In this document: piece after piece, positions 36,911-43,504 of the stretch
How positions within the stretch are numbered: the stretch's first letter is position 1
How the letters are laid out: every line of letters begins with the position of its first letter
Virus record (IMG/VR): IMGVR_UViG_3300042554_001073
Origin: a virus
Length of the DNA stretch: 64,000 nucleotides
Direction: 5' to 3' (one strand)
Position numbers and translations under genes: made by a program
Notes under the pieces: generated by a model
Told to the model about the DNA's origin: nothing
What the model saw: only the letters and a program-made list of their open reading frames with translations
Databases searched by the model: none

Positions 36911-37141
36911 TCAAGAACCTTCTTCGTGATTGGTGTGAATGTGTATCAGTTCATCATCCACAACTGATTCTACTGCGTACTTTATGGTTTCATTGTAAGG
37001 AACTATCACTGCGCTATTATCTCCGTCTCGTATAATAAATGATTCACCATTTTCAACTCTAGTCATTAGATTGTCAAAATCCGATTGAAACTCTTCGACT
37101 GTAAAGGATTGAAGATCTTCTAGTTCTGAATACATTTTCAT
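36911..37141 (-). CDS. Phd/YefM-like antitoxin-fold protein
   Basis: FTVEEFQSDFDNLMTRVENGESFIIRDGDNSAVIVPY pattern. Confidence 0.55.
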   Translation of the reverse strand: MKMYSELEDLQSFTVEEFQSDFDNLMTRVENGESFIIRDGDNSAVIVPYNETIKYAVESVVDDELIHIHTNHEEGS

Positions 37142-37156
37142 AAAGTGATTTTATGA

Positions 37157-37232
37157 TCGGAGTATTCGGATTTGAACCGAAATTATTCCTGCTCCCAAAG
37201 CAGGTGCCATGACCAAGTTAGGCGATACTCCG
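37157..37232 (-). tRNA. tRNA-Pro(UGG)
   Basis: Cloverleaf, CCTGC-TTTGGGA-GCAGG. Confidence 0.93.
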
Positions 37233-37346
37233 TTATTTGTTTTTGTGTATAATCATTATACCCAAGATTGGAACCATTGTCAAGAGGTAACACAGGATGA
37301 ATAAGAAAACTTGATTGTTGAGTAGTTCTCCAGCAAGATGTCTCAT
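37233..37346 (-). CDS. 37-aa membrane peptide
   Basis: MRHLAGELLNNQVFLFILCYLLTMVPILGIMIIHKNK; ATGA coupling. Confidence 0.5.
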   Translation of the reverse strand: MRHLAGELLNNQVFLFILCYLLTMVPILGIMIIHKNK

Positions 37347-37510
37347 CGTACTCTATCTATAATAGCAATGACGCCGTGGGCGTAGAAGAACAGCAGCACC
37401 GAACCGATTGCTGCTGATATCATTGTAGCAGTTTTATTGTGTTTGTCAATAGCAGCATCAATCATCTCCTGAACTTCAGAACGACTGATAAACTCATCGT
37501 GAGGTTCCAT
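37343..37510 (-). CDS. 55-aa membrane peptide
   Basis: EVQEMIDAAIDKHN..AT.IS..IG..LL.FYAHG; TGATG coupling. Confidence 0.6.
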   Translation of the reverse strand: MEPHDEFISRSEVQEMIDAAIDKHNKTATMISAAIGSVLLFFYAHGVIAIIDRVR

Positions 37511-37659
37511 CACTTTTCATCTCCAAGAAATTTAGCAAGAGGATCTCTTCTGGTCTTTACTATTTCTACTGCTCTCTTATAGAACATATTATCAGTATTT
37601 CCAGAAGCTTCGAAAGTTTCTTTGATACGGACCCAATTATTATAAGTATGTTGGTCCAT
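37510..37659 (-). CDS. 49-aa conserved cyanophage protein
   Basis: MDQHTYNNWVRIKETFEASGNTDNMFYKRA...RDPL. Confidence 0.65.
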   Translation of the reverse strand: MDQHTYNNWVRIKETFEASGNTDNMFYKRAVEIVKTRRDPLAKFLGDEK

Positions 37660-37782
37660 GTCTGTGATGCGTATTACTATTATATACTAATCACGGATAT
37701 TTGAAAGTCAACCAATTGTCAGTGTTTTGTAACACTGCGATACAGAAAACGGAATAAAATATTAATTTGGTATCTTATGTAA

Positions 37783-37867
37783 CGGAAAGGGTGGGATTCG
37801 AACCCACGGATGCTTTCACATCGCTAGTTTTCAAGACTAGAGCCTTAAACCACTCGACCACCTTTCC
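37783..37867 (-). tRNA. tRNA-Ser(UGA)
   Basis: CTAGT-CTTGAAA-ACTAG, long variable arm. Confidence 0.95.
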
Positions 37868-37877
37868 AGTATTAAAT

Positions 37878-38123
37878 TCAACGAATTTCGAAGTCTAACC
37901 TACGAACTTTACGTTGTCTTCTCGCTTCTTGCCAAGCAATATCTTGAGAAGTAAGAACATTTTTTTGTTCTTTCTGTGTAGAGTTTACCATAACTACTCT
38001 ACTTAAGTCAACAGCTGAAACACTATCACCTTTAACAGTCATAGTATTTGGACAACCACACACTTGTGTTTTATTCGTGCTGCTTATCTCCTTGTTGCAA
38101 TCTCTGCATCTCACTACTAACAT
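37878..38123 (-). CDS. Small Cys-containing (zinc-ribbon-like) protein
   Basis: RCRDC...CGCPN...G..VSAVDLS.V, KVRRLDFEIR. Confidence 0.7.
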   Translation of the reverse strand: MLVVRCRDCNKEISSTNKTQVCGCPNTMTVKGDSVSAVDLSRVVMVNSTQKEQKNVLTSQDIAWQEARRQRKVRRLDFEIR

Positions 38124-38244
38124 TTTCAATCAATCTCCTTATGTCCGCTAAGTGTATTCTAATGTCATCGAGTTCTTCATGAATATCTTGGTGATGAAAC
38201 CTTAGAGGTTTCTGAATCAACTTACTAAATGCTTTTTTCTTCAT
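38071..38244 (-). CDS. 57-aa hypothetical protein
   Basis: MKKKAFSKLIQKPLRFHHQDIHEEL...; ATGA coupling to dps. Confidence 0.55.
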   Translation of the reverse strand: MKKKAFSKLIQKPLRFHHQDIHEELDDIRIHLADIRRLIENVSSEMQRLQQGDKQHE

Positions 38245-38675
38245 TGTGTAAAGGATCTCAACATCCAGATAAATTTGCCGTGCTCTTCATTTAAATCATC
38301 AACAAGGTTAATTGTTCCTTTTGATTTTTGATTTTCTGCTTCTTCTGATACTTGAGTTAAAAGTTCTACAATCTTTTCATGGCACTTAATTAAGTCATTC
38401 ACCATCCCCATAGCATTTAGAGAACTATTTGCCTCTTCAACATGAGAAACTTCAGTAATTCTAGTTAAAGTAGGAACTGGTTTAATATTTAGATACCTCA
38501 TGTGCTCGGTCAGACGGTCTATCTGTTCGAACATTGCTTCATAATGAGCACCAAATAAATCATGAAACTCTTTAAAGTTGGGACCAACTACGTTCCAATG
38601 ATATACCCAGGTCTTTTGGAAAAGTACAAAAAGACTTGCCTGAGTATCAGAAAGTAATTTATATAGTGTTTCCAT
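38241..38675 (-). CDS. dps: Dps/ferritin-like DNA-protecting protein
   Basis: KTWVYHWNVVG..F..FH..F..HY..MFE.IDRL.EHMR; EHGKFIWML; TATAAATA at 38691-38698. Confidence 0.92.
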   Translation of the reverse strand: METLYKLLSDTQASLFVLFQKTWVYHWNVVGPNFKEFHDLFGAHYEAMFEQIDRLTEHMRYLNIKPVPTLTRITEVSHVEEANSSLNAMGMVNDLIKCHEKIVELLTQVSEEAENQKSKGTINLVDDLNEEHGKFIWMLRSFTQ

Positions 38676-38701
38676 CTTACTCTTTTTGAGTATTTATATA
38701 A

Positions 38702-38774
38702 TGGGAGCAGAGGGATTCGAACCCCCGACATTCTGCGTGTAAAGCAGACGCTGCTACCGCTGAGCTATGCTCCC
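38702..38774 (-). tRNA. tRNA-Val(UAC)
   Basis: TCTGC-TTTACAC-GCAGA. Confidence 0.95.
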
Positions 38775-38778
38775 GTTT

Positions 38779-38849
38779 CCTCTGTCTAGGAATCGAACCC
38801 AGTTTCCATGTGTGTTGTCCACCCGTCCTTACCAATAGACTACCAGAGG
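38779..38849 (-). ncRNA. tRNA-like RNA with degenerate anticodon arm
   Basis: Acceptor CCTCTG/CAGAGG, D arm with TGGTA, T arm CTGGG-TTCGATT-CCTAG; anticodon stem only 3 bp, no U33. Confidence 0.65.
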
Positions 38850-38850
38850 T

Positions 38851-39020
38851 TGTGGTAGGTGTTGGGGACTTTACCTATGTCTCCACTCTTTACATTCACC
38901 CAAGCACCAGACTTGCTTCGACCTGGGGAGCGGTTTTGGCACCTACAGAACGGTGATGAGTGCCCATCACCAGCAGAAGACACTTTCTGCAACTTTCACT
39001 GCGTTAGAGGGCAGTGAGAA
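38851..39020 (-). ncRNA. manA-like structured RNA
   Basis: Serial hairpins CACTGC/GCAGTG, GCAGAA/TTCTGC, GGTGATG/CATCACC, GTAGGTG/CACCTAC enclosing an inner domain; lies among tRNAs. Confidence 0.55.
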
Positions 39021-39053
39021 TATGATAGAATCAGACATTTCCAACCCTATCAA

Positions 39054-39126
39054 CTGGGGCGGCAGGGATCGAACCTGCGACCTAGATGTTAACAGCATCC
39101 CGCTACTACCGCTGAGCTACACCCCA
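39054..39126 (-). tRNA. tRNA-Asn(GUU)
   Basis: GATG-CTGTTAA-CATC. Confidence 0.93.
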
Positions 39127-39134
39127 ATGTTCTA

Positions 39135-39338
39135 TTACTTAGAACTTACAAAATCATTAATCGTTTCTGCTTGATTAAGGACATCTTGTAGAGTTGGAAA
39201 CTCTGGATAATCCATCTTCACAGTGTTTGCAGAATTTGCATTCCAATAACGAGCAGTATCCATTTCAATACTATACTGGTCATTCAGCATATTATATGCT
39301 TGCTTAAAGATTTCGAAACGAAGTTCGTAAGGTGTCAT
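39135..39338 (-). CDS. Conserved cyanophage hypothetical protein (67 aa)
   Basis: MTPYELRFEIFKQA...YPEFPTL.DVL.QAE.INDFVS. Confidence 0.7.
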   Translation of the reverse strand: MTPYELRFEIFKQAYNMLNDQYSIEMDTARYWNANSANTVKMDYPEFPTLQDVLNQAETINDFVSSK

Positions 39339-39385
39339 AGTTATAATCCTGTGTGTTTGTGTGTATAAAGAACCCAAAGGTTCAG

Positions 39386-39457
39386 AGCGGGGTATCGGAA
39401 TCGAACCGACGACATCTAACTTGGAAGGATAGCGTTCTACCGCTGAACTAACCCCGC
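39386..39457 (-). tRNA. tRNA-Gly(UCC)
   Basis: Loop CTTCCAA, U73. Confidence 0.93.
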
Positions 39458-39497
39458 TTATAGGACAATCATAAACTATTTTAGTTTGATTGTCAAG

Positions 39498-39579
39498 TGC
39501 GAGAGAAGGGACTCGAACCCTTATACCTTTCGGCATTGCTTTCTAAGAGCAACGTGGCTACCAATTACACCACTCTCGC
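39498..39579 (-). tRNA. tRNA-Leu(UAG)
   Basis: TTGCT-CTTAGAA-AGCAA, long variable arm. Confidence 0.93.
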
Positions 39580-40035
39580 TAATGATTGTTTTGATGAAAA
39601 TGTTTCTGTTTGCGAATGACAATTTGGACAAAGCAATCTCAAATTGCAGGGTCTATTATCATAACATTCTCCATTAATATGGTCAACTTGTAATCTCAAA
39701 GGTTTATTATTCCAAGTAGAAGAAACACCGCATTCAGAACAAAAGTCGCCCCTCTCTTCAACAAGTAATCTATGTAAAATACCTCTCTTACATTTTTTAT
39801 CTTTATGGAGATAATATTTCTCTAAGGATAAATGTTTATTTTGACCTCCACAAGTTCTTATCTTTGAAGTGTGGTCTGGTTTATAATTTGGAATCCACTC
39901 CTTAGTTCGAACACGAAGAGTATCATATTTACAATTAAACTCAACACAGATATCTGTTGGAGATTTTTCTCCACTCAACAAAGATTTTATAATATATTCT
40001 TTGTTGTCATCCAAATCTGTTCTTTTTCTCATATC
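39565..40035 (-). CDS. HNH homing endonuclease in the tRNA array
   Basis: CSECG...W...PLRLQVDHING...DNRPCNLRLLCPNCHSQT. Confidence 0.9.
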   Translation of the reverse strand, partial: DMRKRTDLDDNKEYIIKSLLSGEKSPTDICVEFNCKYDTLRVRTKEWIPNYKPDHTSKIRTCGGQNKHLSLEKYYLHKDKKCKRGILHRLLVEERGDFCSECGVSSTWNNKPLRLQVDHINGECYDNRPCNLRLLCPNCHSQTETFSSKQSLARVV

Positions 40036-40174
40036 GGTAAACTTGCTTGTATTATTTATAAGCAAGTTTACCGAAAGTTTTGATGGAGTAAGCGTAATAT
40101 ACCTTATGAGGATATAACAGAGGCTTACCCTCTATCACTTTTATATAGTAACAAACTCCGAAGAATTTGTCAAG

Positions 40175-40248
40175 CGTCCTTTGAGAGATTCGAACTCCCG
40201 ACACATAGGTTCGTAGCCTACTGCTCTTTTCCACTGAGCTAAAAGGAC
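40175..40248 (-). tRNA. tRNA-Arg(ACG)
   Basis: TAGG-CTACGAA-CCTA. Confidence 0.93.
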
Positions 40249-40251
40249 AGA

Positions 40252-40323
40252 TTCTGAGGGTAGGATTCGAACCCACGAATGGTGGGACCAAAACCCGCTG
40301 CCTTACCACTTGGCGACCTCAGA
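40252..40323 (-). tRNA. tRNA-Gln(UUG)
   Basis: Loop TTTTGGT, U1-A72. Confidence 0.92.
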
Positions 40324-40395
40324 AGCCCTCAGTCGGATTTGAACCAACGACCTACTCATTACTAGTGAGTTGCTCTACCACTGAGCTATAAGGGC
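40324..40395 (-). tRNA. tRNA-Thr(AGU)
   Basis: GCCCTTA acceptor, ACTCA-CTAGTAA-TGAGT, U73. Confidence 0.9.
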
Positions 40396-40397
40396 GG

Positions 40398-40469
40398 GGT
40401 GTCGTATGAGAATTGAACTCATCTAGGTAGTTCCACAAACTACTGCCTTAACCACTAGGCTAACGACAC
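40398..40469 (-). tRNA. tRNA-His(GUG)
   Basis: GTAGT-TTGTGGA-ACTAC, C73. Confidence 0.92.
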
Positions 40470-40470
40470 A

Positions 40471-40542
40471 AGGCAGTGGGTAGAATTGAACTACCGACAT
40501 AGAGGGTATGAATCTCTTGTTCTACCACTGAACTACACTGCC
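40471..40542 (-). tRNA. tRNA-Met(CAU), elongator type
   Basis: Loop TTCATAC, G1-C72. Confidence 0.85.
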
Positions 40543-40629
40543 AAAGTGGACGCTGACCTGCTGGTTACTCTTTCTGAAGAGGGAGGCGTCAGTCTTTTAT
40601 ATCCTAGCAAGCACCTTGCTGGAGTCCTA

Positions 40630-40718
40630 CGGAAGTGGTTGGATTCGAACCAACGGATGCTCTTAAGAACATCGGCGGATTAGCAATCCACTGCATTAGA
40701 CCTCTCTGCCACACTTCC
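40630..40718 (-). tRNA. tRNA-Ser(GCU)
   Basis: Loop TTGCTAA, long variable arm, G73. Confidence 0.94.
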
Positions 40719-40720
40719 AA

Positions 40721-40793
40721 TGGAAACAACTGGACTCGAACCAGTGCTCTTTCGATTATCAGTCGAATGCTTTACCAACTAAGCTATGTTTCC
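40721..40793 (-). tRNA. tRNA-Ile(GAU)
   Basis: TTCGA-CTGATAA-TCGAA. Confidence 0.95.
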
Positions 40794-40797
40794 ATAG

Positions 40798-40869
40798 TAT
40801 TCCTAACGGGATTCGAACCCGTGCTGCCACCTTGAAAGGGTGGTGACCTAACCGCTAGTCGATAGGAAC
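40798..40869 (-). tRNA. tRNA-Glu(UUC)
   Basis: CCACC-CTTTCAA-GGTGG. Confidence 0.94.
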
Positions 40870-40873
40870 ACGA

Positions 40874-40945
40874 CGACTCATAGGGGATTTGAACCCCTGA
40901 TACCTCTTAGACAGAGAGGCGTGTTAACCACTACACTAATGAGTC
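40874..40945 (-). tRNA. tRNA-Asp(GUC)
   Basis: CCTCT-CTGTCTA-AGAGG, G73. Confidence 0.92.
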
Positions 40946-40949
40946 AAGG

Positions 40950-41031
40950 TGGGAGGAACAGGATTTGAACCTGTGAAGGCAGAGCCGTCTGATTTACAGT
41001 CAGATTCCTTTAACCACTCGGAAATCCTCCC
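40950..41031 (-). tRNA. tRNA-Tyr(GUA)
   Basis: TCTGA-CTGTAAA-TCAGA, long variable arm. Confidence 0.95.
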
Positions 41032-41035
41032 ACGA

Positions 41036-41108
41036 TGGGTCTGGTCGGGCTCGAACCGACGACTTACAGGTTAAAAGCCCGCTACTCTACCAACTGAGTT
41101 ACAGACCC
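41036..41108 (-). tRNA. tRNA-Lys(UUU)
   Basis: Loop CTTTTAA. Confidence 0.95.
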
Positions 41109-41444
41109 ATATAATGTGGAAAATATTCGGTTGTCGATGTGCTGGTGGTCTCTCAACCACCCTTTAAGAATACCACCGTTTGGTCTCTGAGGGGAGATTG
41201 GTGGACACTTAGGAAACTGTCACAAACAACAAAAAAGGGGAGGAAACTTTTGGTTTCTCTCCCCTGTCTTTTGCTTTTATGGATTACATCTTACATATGT
41301 TTTTCCATATCCACAAACAGGGGAGAACCCTCAATATGCCAATAGCGGCAATCAAGAATACTAAACTGTTTGATGGTGATTTGGAAAGACATTGTTTTCG
41401 ACCTAAGTGTGTTTATTTATGAGACTTTTATTTAAAAAAGTCAA

Positions 41445-41518
41445 CGGGCTAGGTAGGATTCGAACCTACGACTCACGCTTTAGAAGAGCGTTACTCTATT
41501 CCACTGAGTTACTAGCCC
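41445..41518 (-). tRNA. tRNA-Arg(UCU)
   Basis: ACGCT-CTTCTAA-AGCGT. Confidence 0.95.
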
Positions 41519-41722
41519 AAGAGTCCTCCCTGTTTGTGCATCGTTGATAGGCATGGGAGGGGTGAGATTTACATGAAGTTTGGACCTTCAAAACTCATGA
41601 GACAATCATACCATTTCAGGATTTGATTGTCAAGTGGGTGCCGTGTGGTTGTGAATCTAAATCAATCCTCTTTGATAAGTGCCCCACTGGATCTTATCTC
41701 AAGTCTTGAACCACGGCATAAT

Positions 41723-42142
41723 CTATTTTATATCCTCTTCCTTACAACTGTCAACCCATGGAGCACAGAGTCTCATTTCTCCTCCAAGTTTCTTACACTC
41801 TTCAGTATAACACTTAGAAGTATCTAGAGCTTTCTCTATCAACCGTGGCAAAGGTATTCTAGATGGTTCAGAGTCCCTTGTCAAGCGTTCATACTCTGCA
41901 ATTGCTCTGTCCACATCTCTATGGACTCTCCTCTCCACGACGCCTGGATCCTGGAGCAGGACATCGTTGATGATGGTCTGAGGGAACAGAGTCCTCTGAA
42001 CCTCGTCTAGGAGGTCCCAGAGGCGCTCTGAAGGGACTCCTGAGCATTGGGAGAGGGTTGCTACGATACCACTGAGTACGATGCTTATAAAGATTATCTG
42101 CTTCTTATCTGGTTTCTTCTTACCGAAGTTAAAATTGAACAT
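41723..42142 (-). CDS. Conserved cyanophage membrane-anchored protein
   Basis: N-terminal TM helix and ATLSQC, C-terminal C..EEC..LGGEMRLCAPWV. Confidence 0.7.
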   Translation of the reverse strand: MFNFNFGKKKPDKKQIIFISIVLSGIVATLSQCSGVPSERLWDLLDEVQRTLFPQTIINDVLLQDPGVVERRVHRDVDRAIAEYERLTRDSEPSRIPLPRLIEKALDTSKCYTEECKKLGGEMRLCAPWVDSCKEEDIK

Positions 42143-42197
42143 AAAAAAAGAGGAGTAGCAACCGCTCTCCTCTATTTATTATTCGATTTTCAGTCAA

Positions 42198-42560
42198 TCA
42201 TACCCGCGAGTAGCAAATTTTAGCCACACCTTGACTTGGTGAAGCAATAGTAGAGAATGCACCATAAGATAAGTCAAGGTCTCTACCCGCGATATAAGGA
42301 CCGCGATCATTTACACGCACAATCACAGACTTACCATTTGATTGATTGGTTACACGCAATCTAGTTCCAAAAGGAAGTGTTTTATGTGCTACTGATTTTC
42401 CATAAGCATTGTATCTTTCGCCATTGGCAGTTGTCTGCCCGTGATATCCATCACCAACTCCATAATGTGATGCGAGTGAACATCCGCTCGCTGCCTTTGC
42501 TTGAAGGGGTGCTAGTCCTGCAGTAGCAATGGCAATAATTGAAAGTGTTTTAAAAAGCAT
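42198..42560 (-). CDS. rlpA: RlpA-like lytic transglycosylase (DPBB)
   Basis: Signal peptide; ASHYG..DGYHG..TANGE, AH.TLPFGT, VRVNDRGPY..GR.LDLS. Confidence 0.9.
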   Translation of the reverse strand: MLFKTLSIIAIATAGLAPLQAKAASGCSLASHYGVGDGYHGQTTANGERYNAYGKSVAHKTLPFGTRLRVTNQSNGKSVIVRVNDRGPYIAGRDLDLSYGAFSTIASPSQGVAKICYSRV

Positions 42561-42569
42561 TAAAATTAA

Positions 42570-42636
42570 TAGAACTCTACATCCCAATAGAAGGGGGGTA
42601 CACCACCCCTCTCGGGGGGCACCTTCCTGGGCTCTA
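42570..42636 (-). ncRNA. GC-rich structured leader upstream of rlpA
   Basis: Nested stems TAGAGC/GTTCTA, CCCA/TGGG, GAAGG/CCTTC, CCCC-CGAGAG-GGGG. Confidence 0.5.
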
Positions 42637-42715
42637 AATCAAAATCAAAGTCTCATAATAAAAAAGATTCACATAGTTGTGAATCTTAACATTATAAGTG
42701 AGTATTTATGGATTG

Positions 42716-42889
42716 TCAATCTTCTGGTTCTAGAGAGACAATCTCAAGTTCATCATCCTCAGGTTCAATCCATTCATAGAACTCTGCTAGAATAGCACGA
42801 GCATCTGTCTTTGAAATGCTTTTGTCAGCAGCACGATCAAGAGACCACTCTCGTATGTGTGCAACGATGTCTTCAGTCTTTGTTGCCAT
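42716..42889 (-). CDS. Small acidic hypothetical protein
   Basis: IR.WSL.RAAD......DA.AI..EF.EWIEP..DELEI.SLE. Confidence 0.65.
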   Translation of the reverse strand: MATKTEDIVAHIREWSLDRAADKSISKTDARAILAEFYEWIEPEDDELEIVSLEPED

Positions 42890-43316
42890 AGTAGTCTTTT
42901 CTGAAGTACCTGTTGAGGATGTTACTATTATACCAGGCTGGGGTGCCGTCGTCAAGGGATTCAGTGAGGACATTGTGGTTGAAGAGTCGTCTGGTCTCCT
43001 CAAAGTTTGTTTTGCCCTTTGTTTTATGTAATGATAAGATAGTTCGACTAAAATTTTCTCTGCCAAATTTGATAATGTCTTCTTTAAGTTCCGGACAAGA
43101 CCCATAATAATTTTTCCAATCTGATTCTGATTTTACTTTTCTTTTTTTTCCCTTAGGCGTTCTAAAAGAGAAGAAGTACTTCCTCCCAATATATCTTCTG
43201 CCATTGGACTTATTGGCAATGAGATAAACAAAACCAAAGTACTCCCCAATATCAGCACTGCTAAAAGGTTTGTTATTGTACGACCAAGGATTTTCATAGT
43301 CAATATCTGTACTCAT
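42873..43316 (-). CDS. Seg-like GIY-YIG endonuclease
   Basis: FGFVYLI.N..NGRRYIGRKYF, ESDWK.YYGS. Confidence 0.85.
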   Translation of the reverse strand: MSTDIDYENPWSYNNKPFSSADIGEYFGFVYLIANKSNGRRYIGRKYFFSFRTPKGKKRKVKSESDWKNYYGSCPELKEDIIKFGRENFSRTILSLHKTKGKTNFEETRRLFNHNVLTESLDDGTPAWYNSNILNRYFRKDYYGNKD

Positions 43317-43455
43317 CAATTATATCAAGAACTTCATTTAGATATTTATGAGCGAGTCCTTTGGAGTCCCAACCTGGTTGGTCTCGATATAATCTATCTT
43401 TTAATTTTAAAACACGAATCTTTATTTCGTCTTTAGTGAGTTGATTTTTAGGCAT
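43300..43455 (-). CDS. 51-aa hypothetical protein
   Basis: MPKNQL.K.E.K.RV.KLK..LY.....K.LAHKYLNEVL.II.EYRY. Confidence 0.6.
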   Translation of the reverse strand: MPKNQLTKDEIKIRVLKLKDRLYRDQPGWDSKGLAHKYLNEVLDIIDEYRY

Positions 43456-43504
43456 AAAAAAGGGGAGATTACTCTCCCCTATCTATAAAGTTTTTTTTAT
43501 ATTA

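Noticed and set aside
37729-37743. GTA...TAC site as an NtcA box
   Set aside because: The spacer is 9 nt, not 8.
39339-39536. N-terminal extension of the 39135..39536 ORF
   Set aside because: It runs through tRNA-Gly and tRNA-Leu; the real start is MTPYEL at 39338.
39498-39579. tRNA whose gene contains TAG, as a possible amber suppressor or sign of recoding
   Set aside because: TAG is the anticodon itself (reads CUA, Leu); a suppressor would need CUA. Core genes have no in-frame stops, so the standard code holds.
40052-41345. ORFs across the tRNA array (40052-40309, 40486-40683, 40635-40835, 41139-41345)
   Set aside because: They overlap tRNA genes or their antisense strand.
41630-41720. 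Imperfect inverted repeat GCCGTGTGGTT/AACCACGGC as an RNA gene
   Set aside because: A single bulged stem with no recognisable internal motif; insufficient support.
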